Below, one piece after another: positions 1 to 10,051 of a DNA stretch of 64,000 nucleotides. The translations under genes were made by a program, and so were the position numbers. The stretch lies in the IMG/VR virus record IMGVR_UViG_3300008261_003175; one strand, written 5' to 3'. Below the pieces are notes generated by a model, which had not been told where the DNA came from, did no database searches, and worked only from the letters and a program-made list of their open reading frames with translations. The stretch comes from a virus. The stretch's first letter is position 1; every line of letters starts with the position of its first letter.

Positions 1-94
1 TTAATGGATATATTAACTCCAATTATATCAATAGTAGTTGGCGTATTGGTGCTTTTTATATTTGATAAATTGAGTGAAAATAAAAAATAGAGTT

Positions 95-847
95 ATGAAG
101 ACGATAGTAATAGGCGATATACACGGTAGATCAGTATGGAAACTGATATACGAATTGGAGAAGCCTGATAAAATTGTATTCATAGGAGACTACTTCGATT
201 CGTTCGATATAAAAGGAGCAGATCAGCTAAACAACTTCCAAGACATCGTCAAATTCAAAGAGAGCGGAGTGTGTGAAGTGGTTATGTTGATAGGCAACCA
301 CGATCACCACTATTTTCCAGAAATTGGAGATACTGGCACAAGTGGATACCAACACTTGTTGGCTCCATCTATAAGTTATGTGCTTGGAGAAAATAGAAAG
401 CATCTGCAAATTGCACATAGAATAGACGATATATTGTTCACGCATGCTGGAGTCAGCAGCGTTTACATGGATCAGGTATTTGGTAAAGACGGATGGAAAA
501 CTGAAACTATAGTAGAACAATTAAACGAACTATTCAAATACAAACCTAGGTCATTTGAGTTCGGAGAATTTGCGCTAATAAACAAGATGTCGTATCTCGA
601 TCCTTACGGAGACAGCGAAGATCAGTCGCCTATATGGATCAGACCTCGAGCCTTAAAGAGAGCGAACAGAGACACACTACGTAAAGAGGTTATTCAAGTA
701 GTAGGCCATACAGAACAACCTCAGATAGATAAAAAAGGCGGAGCAACAGGAGGCAGATACTATTTTATAGATACGCTTGGAACTAGCGGAGAATATATGA
801 TTATAGAAGAGGAACTGAAAGAAATAAAATTTGCAACAATAAAATAA
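95..847 (+). CDS. Calcineurin-like metallophosphoesterase
   Basis: GDIHG, GDYFD, GNHD, THAG and VGHT motifs. ATG at 95 in GTTATG context preferred over GTG at 74. Confidence 0.9.
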   Translation: MKTIVIGDIHGRSVWKLIYELEKPDKIVFIGDYFDSFDIKGADQLNNFQDIVKFKESGVCEVVMLIGNHDHHYFPEIGDTGTSGYQHLLAPSISYVLGENRKHLQIAHRIDDILFTHAGVSSVYMDQVFGKDGWKTETIVEQLNELFKYKPRSFEFGEFALINKMSYLDPYGDSEDQSPIWIRPRALKRANRDTLRKEVIQVVGHTEQPQIDKKGGATGGRYYFIDTLGTSGEYMIIEEELKEIKFATIK

Positions 848-860
848 TAAATTTAAAATT

Positions 861-983
861 ATGTGGAAAGTATACTTATTAGAGTTCACTATTGTGTTAG
901 TTGTGTCCATTCTTTGGGCAAGAGGTATAGATAAAATGCATAACGAGCATCCCGATTATAAAGGAGAAGATTTTTTAAACTAA
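861..983 (+). CDS. Small membrane protein (MWKVYLLEFTIVLVVSILWARG...), not in ORF track
   Basis: Hand-translated 40-aa ORF filling an intergenic gap; one hydrophobic segment. Confidence 0.6.
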   Translation: MWKVYLLEFTIVLVVSILWARGIDKMHNEHPDYKGEDFLN

Positions 984-995
984 AAACAATAAACA

Positions 996-1256
996 ATGAG
1001 AAAATACATTAATGTCATTCTGAAACTGTGTTGCGTATTCATGTTATTTTATATAATGTACAATCAGAAAACAAAAATAAAAACTTTAGAATCTGTCAAT
1101 AAAGAATTAACTCTTAAATACGATTCCATAAAGTCAGAGCAATTCGTATTGCGTATAAATCAACAAAGATTCGAACTCATAATAGATAGAGCGGAAGCAG
1201 AGATGAGTCCAGATTGTAAAGAAGAATTTGAAAAACTACTACATGAAACAGAATAA
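996..1256 (+). CDS. N-terminal TM plus coiled-coil protein
   Basis: Hydrophobic N-terminus followed by helical, heptad-like sequence. Confidence 0.55.
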   Translation: MRKYINVILKLCCVFMLFYIMYNQKTKIKTLESVNKELTLKYDSIKSEQFVLRINQQRFELIIDRAEAEMSPDCKEEFEKLLHETE

Positions 1257-1377
1257 AAAGAAACAAGACAAACAAATAATTCACGTTGTAAAAAGAGAAG
1301 CAGGAAAACCTCACAAATACCACAGATCAAGATTGAAACTAAATAAAGATGGATCTATAACTATTTTTGAATAGTCT

Positions 1378-1388
1378 AAATATTTATT
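1378..1388 (+). promoter_or_regulatory. Putative late promoter ATATTTAT (one of many copies)
   Basis: The same motif lies shortly upstream of structural, terminase and leader-bearing genes on both strands. Confidence 0.6.
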
Positions 1389-1394
1389 TATACC

Positions 1395-2420
1395 ATGATT
1401 AAATTAACAGAGATAGTAAAAGAAATATCTTTTGGCACAGGTCAAGCATCTTCTAATAACGCAGAAGACATATCATCAGATGCAATGTACATGAACGGCA
1501 TAGATCACGAATTAGGAAGGTATCGTGATGATAATGACGACTATGATGAATTAAAAATTCCAGTAACAGATCCAACATTTCAAAAATTAATAAAGAAAAA
1601 GTTTGAAGTAATTGGAGAATCTAATGGTGGTTTTAGATTATTAAAAACAAAAGAAACCAGGTATTCTGATGATATTATATACTATATAACTAATCCAAAT
1701 GCTAAAGTAACTGGAGAATATTTTATTGGTATAATAAAAACAGAATTGAATACTGGTGATTTTTATAATTTAAAAAAGGGATTTGGAGTAGAAGTAGAAA
1801 CCATACATTGGTCTAATATAGCTCTTGAAATGAGAGGAACTGGCGTAGGCAAATTGTTGTATACTATGGTTTATGAACATGTTAAAAGTAAGGGACGAGC
1901 TTTAGGCAGCGATAGTATGTTATTCGAAGGATCTGCAGGAATGTGGATGAATTATATGCCTTCGATCGCTTCCTATTTTGGCATCATCATAAACGACATA
2001 ATGATACCGATGAATAGAGAAGACATGACTAAAAAAAATAAACCTGTTTTCGATATGTACGGGGTGGACGGATTTGTTGCTATGGAAACTCCTCCACCAA
2101 TGGTGAGAAAGATCATGTATAATGTTAAAGGTTTATCATTTATAGCAGGAGAATACGGAATTGTCAAAATGCACGGAAGAGTAAATGATAAATTAGATGC
2201 GACTAATCAAAGATCATCTAATTCTGATGAATCTAGATTCATAGACTATATAAATAATTTTGATACAATAAAAGCTCTATTAAATTCTCCTCTTAAATAT
2301 ACCATAAGAGATATAATTGGTACTAAAAAGACAAAATATAGAACTTTAATTTTTGCATTTGAAGATGCTGTATTAATAGTAAAAGAATTACCTAACGGAT
2401 TATCAGTAACACCACTATAA
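1395..2420 (+). CDS. GNAT-family acetyltransferase with MIKLTEIVKE leader
   Basis: Acetyl-CoA-binding-like motif EMRGTGVGKLLY followed by GSDSML...SAGMW. Confidence 0.6.
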   Translation: MIKLTEIVKEISFGTGQASSNNAEDISSDAMYMNGIDHELGRYRDDNDDYDELKIPVTDPTFQKLIKKKFEVIGESNGGFRLLKTKETRYSDDIIYYITNPNAKVTGEYFIGIIKTELNTGDFYNLKKGFGVEVETIHWSNIALEMRGTGVGKLLYTMVYEHVKSKGRALGSDSMLFEGSAGMWMNYMPSIASYFGIIINDIMIPMNREDMTKKNKPVFDMYGVDGFVAMETPPPMVRKIMYNVKGLSFIAGEYGIVKMHGRVNDKLDATNQRSSNSDESRFIDYINNFDTIKALLNSPLKYTIRDIIGTKKTKYRTLIFAFEDAVLIVKELPNGLSVTPL

Positions 2421-3214
2421 TGATAGCAACAGAAGAAACTAGCAATTATAAAGTCAGAGGTTTCTTTAAACCAGAATCCAGTTTCCATACTATAAAAGAG
2501 TGGCAAATAATATCTAGAGAGTTTATAGATTTGCAATCTCAGGGATTTGATACACGAGGCGGAATATTGTCTGATAATCCGAGGTTGGTATCTCTAATTA
2601 ATACTTATTTTGGTTACCAATACTACGTAGAACCTCTGCAGTTTCCAAAGTTGTCTCAAAAAATGGTACTGGATTTTATAGAAGACTTTGTTAACTATCG
2701 AGTATGGGAAATGTATCATCATTTTTCCGAGTATGCTTTCGATGTAAACAGAGCGAGATTCGCTTATTTCTATTCTAGAGGAAATATAGAACCGTATGTA
2801 TTGCTCGATGAGAGATTCACTAAATCTGTGTACGGAAGCACTGATATAGAAACAATATCATATCACTGGACATCTGCAGAAGGATTAGAGAATATAGTCC
2901 AATCTATGCAGAACGGAACGCCTATTCCACTATCAACGTTCACTGTGCAATCTAAAGAGTTCTTTAGACCTGAAAGTAATTACTTGATAAAAATAAAGGG
3001 CAAATTGATAGCTGCGTTTGAATCAGATACCAAATCCTTTTCTACGGATATGGGCCGCAAAGCAGCTAACATGTTTAGATTCACTTTACCTGGTCACACA
3101 TCTAATTTATGTAAGAATTGGAAAACTTGCAATAAAAATAAAACCTATTTGTGGAACGAGATAATAGTATATCCAACTGCAATTATGAATTATAAAAAAA
3201 TACAAAAAATATAA
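2420..3214 (+). CDS. Hypothetical protein, possible ADP-ribosyltransferase-fold C-terminal domain
   Basis: YHWTS...L..I, LSTFT and WNEIIV resemble the ART strand motifs. Confidence 0.35.
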   Translation: MIATEETSNYKVRGFFKPESSFHTIKEWQIISREFIDLQSQGFDTRGGILSDNPRLVSLINTYFGYQYYVEPLQFPKLSQKMVLDFIEDFVNYRVWEMYHHFSEYAFDVNRARFAYFYSRGNIEPYVLLDERFTKSVYGSTDIETISYHWTSAEGLENIVQSMQNGTPIPLSTFTVQSKEFFRPESNYLIKIKGKLIAAFESDTKSFSTDMGRKAANMFRFTLPGHTSNLCKNWKTCNKNKTYLWNEIIVYPTAIMNYKKIQKI

Positions 3215-3543
3215 TGATAAAACTAAAAGACATACTGAACGAAGAAATAGTGAGTGATCCTAAATTGGAAGAATTCGCTGAGATCAGACATGATGGAGCA
3301 GAAAAGATAGCCACTTCTGCAAAAGAGAAAGGCGGATTTTCTATGCTTACCTACAATCACTTCATAGTTAAGCTACCCTATTATAATAAAGCTAATCAGG
3401 GTAAATTTGACATAGAAGAAGGCAAGAAAGAGTTCGAAAAAACACTAAAAAGCATATCACTCAATATGACTCAAACAGAGTTTCAAAGAGAGGTAGGTAG
3501 GTTAGAGGTGATAGGCGAACTCATTATCAAAGCCAAGAAGTAA
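3214..3543 (+). CDS. Hypothetical protein with MIKLKDILNE leader (putative head-internal)
   Basis: Shared N-terminal leader. Confidence 0.6.
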   Translation: MIKLKDILNEEIVSDPKLEEFAEIRHDGAEKIATSAKEKGGFSMLTYNHFIVKLPYYNKANQGKFDIEEGKKEFEKTLKSISLNMTQTEFQREVGRLEVIGELIIKAKK

Positions 3544-3549
3544 GCCGTA

Positions 3550-4182
3550 ATGCTGAACGAAAATATACCACACTTTAAGTGTCTTATAAAGGAGTCTTAT
3601 TTTACTAAGAATCCAAAAGACTCTACTAAGTACCATAATGCTTACGCATTTGGAATACAATCTGTAATGGGAAAGATACTCACATTTCATATCATGACAG
3701 ATTATGGAATGCTAAGATCTAGAGTGCCAATATCAGAAATCTATTTAAAAGAACCTACAAAAGATCTTCCATACTATTTCAAACAGCTTTGGGATTGTTT
3801 TGATAACGATGTAACTGTACAGACGTACGGCTTTTTAAAAGAAAAGAAATGTAAGGTTATGCTAAGAGACAAGTCTTTTGCATGGGCAACTTACATGTTT
3901 ACTGTAGATTGGCAGAACAATCCATACTCAGACGAGCCGACTGATTATAAATGCGGACACATACTAGTTGCTGATGATGGATATTTGTTATGTATGCCAA
4001 ACAACAGAATATTTTGGAAAGATAGCAATTGGATAACCAAAGAGTTTCCAGTCAATCCTAAAGACATAAAGGTAGACACCGAACTTTTAGCAGTCGAATC
4101 TGTAGCCGATAGATGGGTGTCTGAAGATACGGATTCATTTTATTACGATATTAAAAATATATCAAGTGATAAAAATACTTGA
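3550..4182 (+). CDS. Phage hypothetical protein
   Basis: Long ORF in operon context; LWDCF, YMFTVDW and MPNNRI motifs. Confidence 0.7.
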   Translation: MLNENIPHFKCLIKESYFTKNPKDSTKYHNAYAFGIQSVMGKILTFHIMTDYGMLRSRVPISEIYLKEPTKDLPYYFKQLWDCFDNDVTVQTYGFLKEKKCKVMLRDKSFAWATYMFTVDWQNNPYSDEPTDYKCGHILVADDGYLLCMPNNRIFWKDSNWITKEFPVNPKDIKVDTELLAVESVADRWVSEDTDSFYYDIKNISSDKNT

Positions 4183-4277
4183 CATACTAACTAAAACATA
4201 TTAATATATTAGAACCGAAATTTTAGATTTCCTCAGATAGAAACTAATCAATACATTTATATCAAATCAATACAGTT

Positions 4278-4448
4278 ATGATAGATCAAAAGACATACAT
4301 TATCAAGAGGCCAAAAAAAGATCCTCGCTACGATAAGACAATACGCCAAAGCGAAATAGAAAAAGCTTTATGGACACTAGGAGCAAATTACTATAGGCTC
4401 ACAAAAGAAGACGAAGAAATCATTTTAAAACTAGCAAACAAATATTAA
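4278..4448 (+). CDS. Small hypothetical protein (MIDQKTYIIKRPKK...), not in ORF track
   Basis: Hand-translated 56 aa; GTTATG start. Confidence 0.55.
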   Translation: MIDQKTYIIKRPKKDPRYDKTIRQSEIEKALWTLGANYYRLTKEDEEIILKLANKY

Positions 4449-4451
4449 CAC

Positions 4452-4697
4452 ATGAACAAAGTTATGTATTTTAGCACAGCTACTTGTGCTCCGTGCAAAG
4501 CGCTTAAACCTATAGTGCAAGAAGTAGCGTCAGAACTCGGCGTCCAGATAGAATATATCGATGCTTCTCAATCACCATTAACGCAAACGTTTAGCGTAAC
4601 AGCAGTTCCAACATTGATAGTATTTAAAAACGGAATGCCAGCTACACGACATACTGGCATGGCGACCAAACAACAAATCAAATCATTATTCATTTAA
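4452..4697 (+). CDS. Thioredoxin
   Basis: CAPC active site and VPTL cis-Pro motif. Confidence 0.85.
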   Translation: MNKVMYFSTATCAPCKALKPIVQEVASELGVQIEYIDASQSPLTQTFSVTAVPTLIVFKNGMPATRHTGMATKQQIKSLFI

Positions 4698-4708
4698 AAA
4701 ATTAAGTT

Positions 4709-4918
4709 ATGAAGTGCATACAAGCAATCAGAGAAACTAAATACGCAAAAGTAGGAGACATCAAAAGAGTGTCTGATGCAGAAGCAAACGAAAAGGTAGA
4801 TACAAAATACTGGAAGTTTGTACCAAAATCAGAATGGAAAGGCACAAGAAAGATCAGCACAGATCAGATGCTAAAAGAACATGCAGTTAGCGAAGAGACT
4901 AAAAGCAAAAAGAAATAG
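4709..4918 (+). CDS. Hypothetical protein
   Basis: GTTATG start; operon context. Confidence 0.6.
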   Translation: MKCIQAIRETKYAKVGDIKRVSDAEANEKVDTKYWKFVPKSEWKGTRKISTDQMLKEHAVSEETKSKKK

Positions 4919-4920
4919 TT

Positions 4921-5079
4921 ATGTTGATAGTAGATCTAACAGAAAGAATAGAGAAAGCCTTTGAAGAAAGGCCTAAAGGCACAAAACGCAAAGAACTTTC
5001 AGAGTGGAAACAATCTATAAACAAACTCATAGAGCAAGTAAACAAGTTATCGAAAATTAAAATGTACAAGGAGCAATGA
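4921..5079 (+). CDS. Small hypothetical protein (MLIVDLTERIEK...), not in ORF track
   Basis: Hand-translated; GTTATG start; stop overlaps next ATG. Confidence 0.55.
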   Translation: MLIVDLTERIEKAFEERPKGTKRKELSEWKQSINKLIEQVNKLSKIKMYKEQ

Positions 5080-5444
5080 CACATTCAAGCTATTTAGAAT
5101 ATTTCTTAGAACTTAAAAATACATTTCAAAGTGGGTACGAAGGCATACAACCTGAAAAAGAAATAGATAAGGATTTTGAAAAGGCATTCCTTTCATTGCT
5201 AATGGAAGCCACCAAGATCGCATGGTCAGATTATGAGCAATTCAATAGAGAAACATACGTACTTTGTGAAAGTGAATTAGAAAAAGTCTGGGAAGACGCC
5301 ACTTTTGAATCTACTAATAAGATGTTAGAAAAACTATCTAATCTTGGTTACATAGTTACAGGAGTGAACGAGAACGGAGATATAGTTTATTCTATCTCAG
5401 AAGAGGGCAGAGAATACATTCAAAACACAATTAAAACTACATAA
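5076..5444 (+). CDS. Hypothetical protein with winged-helix-like C-terminus
   Basis: LEKLSNLGYI...YSISEEGREY resembles the PadR/MarR wing. Confidence 0.5.
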   Translation: MTHSSYLEYFLELKNTFQSGYEGIQPEKEIDKDFEKAFLSLLMEATKIAWSDYEQFNRETYVLCESELEKVWEDATFESTNKMLEKLSNLGYIVTGVNENGDIVYSISEEGREYIQNTIKTT

Positions 5445-5447
5445 CAA

Positions 5448-5702
5448 ATGGCAGATTTCTCAAAACAATGGTGTGAACTCAATGATCCTGACATGCCTCA
5501 CGATTTCGACATAGATATAGTCGCAAGCACAATAGATCCTACTTGGTATAAATCGTATATATGCGAAGGATTCGGATTCACCGCAATTGGAAAAGATGAA
5601 AATCGTAACGTTACTCTTTATTTCCCTAACGAGGATTTAGAAAGCGGTAAATGGGTAGATTATGAAACATTTATAAGTCAACAAAAATCTAGAGAACTAT
5701 GA
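5448..5702 (+). CDS. Hypothetical protein
   Basis: Tightly packed ORF. Confidence 0.6.
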   Translation: MADFSKQWCELNDPDMPHDFDIDIVASTIDPTWYKSYICEGFGFTAIGKDENRNVTLYFPNEDLESGKWVDYETFISQQKSREL

Positions 5703-5884
5703 CATCACAAGAAAGATTGCAACAAGAAATAGAAAATCTAGAACAGAAGATGAAACTTGCAGAGACTGCTCAAGATATGTGGTACATTATAGATCGAGTA
5801 GCAAGAGCACTACATAACGACCAAGATCTTGGAAAATATATTAGAAAGGTTGCAAAAGAAGAACTTAATAAAACATTAAAATGA
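5699..5884 (+). CDS. Hypothetical protein
   Basis: ATGA overlaps at both ends. Confidence 0.55.
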   Translation: MTSQERLQQEIENLEQKMKLAETAQDMWYIIDRVARALHNDQDLGKYIRKVAKEELNKTLK

Positions 5885-6150
5885 GAAGAGATAATACAAT
5901 AATAGTCGAAACACTTATAAATAAAATGTTTGAAATATCAGGGAATAGTATTACATTTAAAGATATTAAAGGCAGAAAAGACGATTGGTATGCTGAATAC
6001 ACAATGACTGAAGATGAGTGCGAAGAGTGGATGAAATGGGGTACAGAGTATTTAAGAAAAACACTCAAGATGACAAAGAAAATGGCGTTAACAGAAATGT
6101 CTATGTTTAATCTCTCTTACGGCTTAAAGATAGGCGAACCACAAAACTAA
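5881..6150 (+). CDS. Hypothetical protein
   Basis: ATGA-coupled ORF. Confidence 0.6.
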   Translation: MRRDNTIIVETLINKMFEISGNSITFKDIKGRKDDWYAEYTMTEDECEEWMKWGTEYLRKTLKMTKKMALTEMSMFNLSYGLKIGEPQN

Positions 6151-6154
6151 TATA

Positions 6155-6475
6155 ATGTCCAGAAGAAAAGCTCAATACAGAAAGATAGTAAAAGAATGGA
6201 AAGCCGCAACACGACAAGAAGTATGGCAAGGAGTCAGAGACAATTTCATATTTGGATTCTTAGGAGCCATGCTTGTCGTATTCATAGCAATGAGAACTGA
6301 TATCGCAGTAATTGCAGGTTACATAGCTTATTACTTTTTTATGGGTAAAATAGTCAATAGACCTAAGTATGTTACTGATCTAGGCAAATTGATAGTGTTT
6401 CCTATACCTTCGGCGTTAGGTGCATTTGCAGGTTACAAATTAAGTTATATATTACTAATGTTAATAAATCAATAA
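6155..6475 (+). CDS. Membrane protein
   Basis: About three hydrophobic segments. Confidence 0.65.
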   Translation: MSRRKAQYRKIVKEWKAATRQEVWQGVRDNFIFGFLGAMLVVFIAMRTDIAVIAGYIAYYFFMGKIVNRPKYVTDLGKLIVFPIPSALGAFAGYKLSYILLMLINQ

Positions 6476-6480
6476 AAGTT

Positions 6481-7374
6481 ATGGGAAAAATAGGTTACGC
6501 ATGCATAAACATGACTCTTGGTAAGTCAGCGACTACTAATAGAGGCATGACACTAAAAACATTCAAAGCAAAAGGATTACCTTATGTATCTGAGCTCGCT
6601 CTTAAAAATGCACAAGATCTCATCAAGATTCTTAAGTGGAACGAAGAGCATAATATCAAAATGTTTAGAATGTCCTCAGGATTGATACCATGGGGCAACG
6701 CTATAAACATAGATGAACTTCCTGATATTAAAGAGATAACTGCTGCGCTTAAAGAAGCAGGAGATTACGCTCAAGAACACGGTCATAGATTAAGTTTCCA
6801 TCCAGGTCCATTTACAGTTATCGCATCTCCAAATCATACAGTAGTAGAAAATTCTATACGAGATTTAGAAATGCATGCAAAGATAATGGATTTGATAGGT
6901 CTTAGCAAGACGCCATACAACAAGATCAATATACACGTTAACACGACCGCTGGAGGCAAGAAAGCGTCTATGATAAGATTCTGTGATGCATACTGGTTTC
7001 TATCAGAGTCTGTTAGAAGCAGATTGGTTGTAGAGAACGACGATAAGTCTAAGCAATATACAGTAGAAGATCTAATGTTTGTACACAAGCTTATAGGCAT
7101 TCCAATTACGTTCGATTACTTCCACCATTCTTTGAATCCTGGTAATCAAACAGAAGAGGAAGCACTCAAGTTGGCTGCAACAACTTGGCCTGATGGTATC
7201 ACTCAAGCAGTACACTATAGCGAGAGCAAAAGATTACACGAAAACAACGTAAAAGAAAATGCTAGAGCTCATAGCGATTATATTTCTAAATTGCCAGATA
7301 ATTATAATCTGGAAATAGACATTATGACTGAGTGTAAGATGAAAGATCTTGCAATACTGCCATTAATAAAATAG
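6481..7374 (+). CDS. uvsE: UV damage endonuclease
   Basis: GYACIN, FRMSS, HPGPF, VENDD, FDYFHH, VHYSE, AHSD and ECKMK motifs of the UVDE TIM barrel. Confidence 0.92.
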   Translation: MGKIGYACINMTLGKSATTNRGMTLKTFKAKGLPYVSELALKNAQDLIKILKWNEEHNIKMFRMSSGLIPWGNAINIDELPDIKEITAALKEAGDYAQEHGHRLSFHPGPFTVIASPNHTVVENSIRDLEMHAKIMDLIGLSKTPYNKINIHVNTTAGGKKASMIRFCDAYWFLSESVRSRLVVENDDKSKQYTVEDLMFVHKLIGIPITFDYFHHSLNPGNQTEEEALKLAATTWPDGITQAVHYSESKRLHENNVKENARAHSDYISKLPDNYNLEIDIMTECKMKDLAILPLIK

Positions 7375-7501
7375 TATTTAATGAAAAATAAAGTCAAGCA
7401 CAAGACGTGCGCAAAAATCTGGTTAGCTGTAGCTATATTTTCAGCATCGATTGCAGCGTCTTTGTTGATAGCATCACTCATCCACAATCTAATGTTATAA
7501 C

Positions 7502-7696
7502 ATGAAAGTTTTATTACTATTTTTTACTTTATTATTTGCGAATATAGTTTTTCTAGCTATATTATCTCTTGTAGCATGGTGTGGAATAAGTTTAATTTGG
7601 CCGATAATAACATACAAACAGGTATTTGGAGCAGCGTTGTTGGGAGCATTAGCATTTGCAATAGCATCTTCACTTATAACAAAATTACTTAAATGA
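7502..7696 (+). CDS. Small membrane protein
   Basis: Two hydrophobic segments. Confidence 0.55.
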   Translation: MKVLLLFFTLLFANIVFLAILSLVAWCGISLIWPIITYKQVFGAALLGALAFAIASSLITKLLK

Positions 7697-7878
7697 AAAA
7701 ACAAGAACGATTGCTAGTTATAGCAAATAATAAACACATAGAAAGTAATTTTAAACTTATAGAAGAATTAACAGAATCACTAAAGAGCAATCTTCCAATA
7801 ACTATCGTATTGGATCCAAACGCAGAAGAACCACTCGTAATAAGACAACACACCCTCTACGAAGACACCGAAAACTAA
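7693..7878 (+). CDS. Hypothetical protein
   Basis: ATGA-coupled ORF. Confidence 0.5.
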   Translation: MKKQERLLVIANNKHIESNFKLIEELTESLKSNLPITIVLDPNAEEPLVIRQHTLYEDTEN

Positions 7879-7940
7879 TTAAATATCCTGACCAAAAATC
7901 AGGATTTTTTATTTGAAATAATAAGCAGTAAATTAGAGTT

Positions 7941-8216
7941 ATGAAACGAATAGAAAGAACAGATTACCACTGGGAAATCCAATACATGGATATAGATCCA
8001 GATTCAGGAGATACTTCAGAAGTGATAACTGTGGCATCCACAAAGTGGATTAGCTACTCTAACGTAATGCTCGATGCATTTATTCTCCATGATGAGAATC
8101 CTAATAGACACTATTTCATAGTTAAGTGTGTTAACCATGCCATAAGAGAAGCTTATATAAAGGGACACGAAGACAGAGAAAAAGACATATTCAATTTAGA
8201 ACAGTTTAAAAAATAG
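7941..8216 (+). CDS. Hypothetical protein
   Basis: GTTATG start. Confidence 0.55.
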   Translation: MKRIERTDYHWEIQYMDIDPDSGDTSEVITVASTKWISYSNVMLDAFILHDENPNRHYFIVKCVNHAIREAYIKGHEDREKDIFNLEQFKK

Positions 8217-8218
8217 TT

Positions 8219-9388
8219 ATGAATTTAATTGATACAGAATATCAAGACTTACTTTGCTACATCCTAGGTAATGGAGTAGAAAAGAAAGATAGAACAGGAA
8301 CAGGCACACTATCTGTCTTTGGTTGGCAAATTAGACATGACATGAAGGAAGGCTTCCCACTCCTAACAACAAAGAAAATGGCTTGGAAGTCAATCGTAAC
8401 AGAGCTGTTATGGTTTCTACGTGGTGATACAAATATCAAATACCTTGTAGATAATGGATGTCATATTTGGGATGGCGATGCGTATAAGAACTATACAAAA
8501 GAAGTGGATGAAATTATTGATGGATACAAATGTGGTGATATTATGGGAATGCAAGACCACATTGAAAAATTGTTTAGTGATTCTGATAAATTAATACCAT
8601 TAACACAAGAAGAGTTTATCAATCTAATAAAAACAGATGATGAATTTGCGGAAGAGTGGGGAGAGTTAGGTCCTATATACGGTTCACAATGGAGAGGATG
8701 GCACACCAAAACATTAATTAAAACCACATTGAAAGATCCTTTGAGTGGAAATGATACATATGTTGAGGGTAATAAAACGATTGACCAAATTCAAAATCTA
8801 ATTGATGAACTTAAAACCAATCCAGATAGTAGAAGATTAATGGTAAGTGCTTGGAATGTCGGTGAATTAGAAAATATGGTCTTGCCACCATGTCATTATG
8901 GATTTCAAGTTTATACAAGAGAGTTGAGTTTGGAAGAGAGAAGAGATTGGTGTAAAAAACATAATGTGATTTTAGAACACTTAGAAGCTGGATTGGAAAA
9001 CGAAGAAGATAATATGAGAGCTTGCAGAGTACCAACCAGAGCAATCTCTCTAATGTGGAATCAACGCTCAGTAGATACCTTCCTTGGTTTACCATTCAAC
9101 ATAGCAAGTTATGGTTTGTTCTTAGAGATTATAGCTAAGGAAGTGAATATGGTTCCTGATGAACTGATTGGTAATTTAGGTGATGTTCATTTGTATTCAA
9201 ATCACATTGAGCAGGCTAAAGAGCAGATTGGTAGAGAGCCGTTTGAGTTACCTAAGTTAAAAATGAATCCAATATTTTTAGCTAATCTAGAACATAAAGG
9301 ATTAGATGAAGCAATAAATGGACAAGTTAATTTTGAATTAGAAAACTATCAATCACACCCAAGTATTAAAGCACCGTTATCAAATTGA
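8219..9388 (+). CDS. thyA: Thymidylate synthase with in-frame insertions
   Basis: DRTGTGT, ELLWFL, LPPCH, QRSVD, PFNIASY and HLYSNH motifs. Confidence 0.96.
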   Translation: MNLIDTEYQDLLCYILGNGVEKKDRTGTGTLSVFGWQIRHDMKEGFPLLTTKKMAWKSIVTELLWFLRGDTNIKYLVDNGCHIWDGDAYKNYTKEVDEIIDGYKCGDIMGMQDHIEKLFSDSDKLIPLTQEEFINLIKTDDEFAEEWGELGPIYGSQWRGWHTKTLIKTTLKDPLSGNDTYVEGNKTIDQIQNLIDELKTNPDSRRLMVSAWNVGELENMVLPPCHYGFQVYTRELSLEERRDWCKKHNVILEHLEAGLENEEDNMRACRVPTRAISLMWNQRSVDTFLGLPFNIASYGLFLEIIAKEVNMVPDELIGNLGDVHLYSNHIEQAKEQIGREPFELPKLKMNPIFLANLEHKGLDEAINGQVNFELENYQSHPSIKAPLSN

Positions 9389-9403
9389 TTCATATTTATT
9401 ATT

Positions 9404-10009
9404 ATGATACGATTAATTGATTTATTGCAAGAATTTAAAACTAAAGAGCCATTAGTTTATTTATTTCGTAATCAAGATATACTTGATAATGGTAAATATA
9501 AAAACTTACTCATACATTACATAGAATCCCAACACAATTTAAGTCAAAATGAATTTGCTGATCTGGTTAAATGGTTATTAGATAACAAAAATAATTATTC
9601 AACTTTACTCAAACCAAAATCAGGATACGCTTATCGAGGTACATCAGTTACGTCAGAAATGTATCAAACAATAAAAAATAATTTTATAAATAAAGAAAAA
9701 GGTTTTACTATTATACAAGCGCCGTATGAAAGTGCTAACTTAGCGCAGAGTTGGACGTACGATCGTAATATAGCAATGCGTTTTGCAGATAAGGGATTAT
9801 TCAACAATCCTAGATTAGAAAAAGGCGCTAGACCCGCAATTATTAGAGCGAAAATTGATGATAGTTTTGTTGGAAATCCAACGCTCACCAAACCAATCGC
9901 AGATAGGTTGGGTCTAAAATCTGAGAATGAAATTTTTCATTACGGTAAAAATATAGACAATGCGGAATGGATGATATATTCTGCAGATATCGAATTGAGA
10001 AAATTATAA
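9404..10009 (+). CDS. Putative R-S-E ADP-ribosyltransferase with MIRLIDLLQE leader
   Basis: AYRGT, QSWT..R.IA.RF and SENEI match the R, S and ExE motifs; CATATTTAT upstream. Confidence 0.6.
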   Translation: MIRLIDLLQEFKTKEPLVYLFRNQDILDNGKYKNLLIHYIESQHNLSQNEFADLVKWLLDNKNNYSTLLKPKSGYAYRGTSVTSEMYQTIKNNFINKEKGFTIIQAPYESANLAQSWTYDRNIAMRFADKGLFNNPRLEKGARPAIIRAKIDDSFVGNPTLTKPIADRLGLKSENEIFHYGKNIDNAEWMIYSADIELRKL

Positions 10010-10051
10010 AGCACCACAATGTCATCTAAAAAGAAAAAAAGTCAATAAGAT

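Noticed and set aside
8480-9030. Intron or intein in thyA
   Set aside because: The insertions are in frame, short and lack Hint or splicing motifs.
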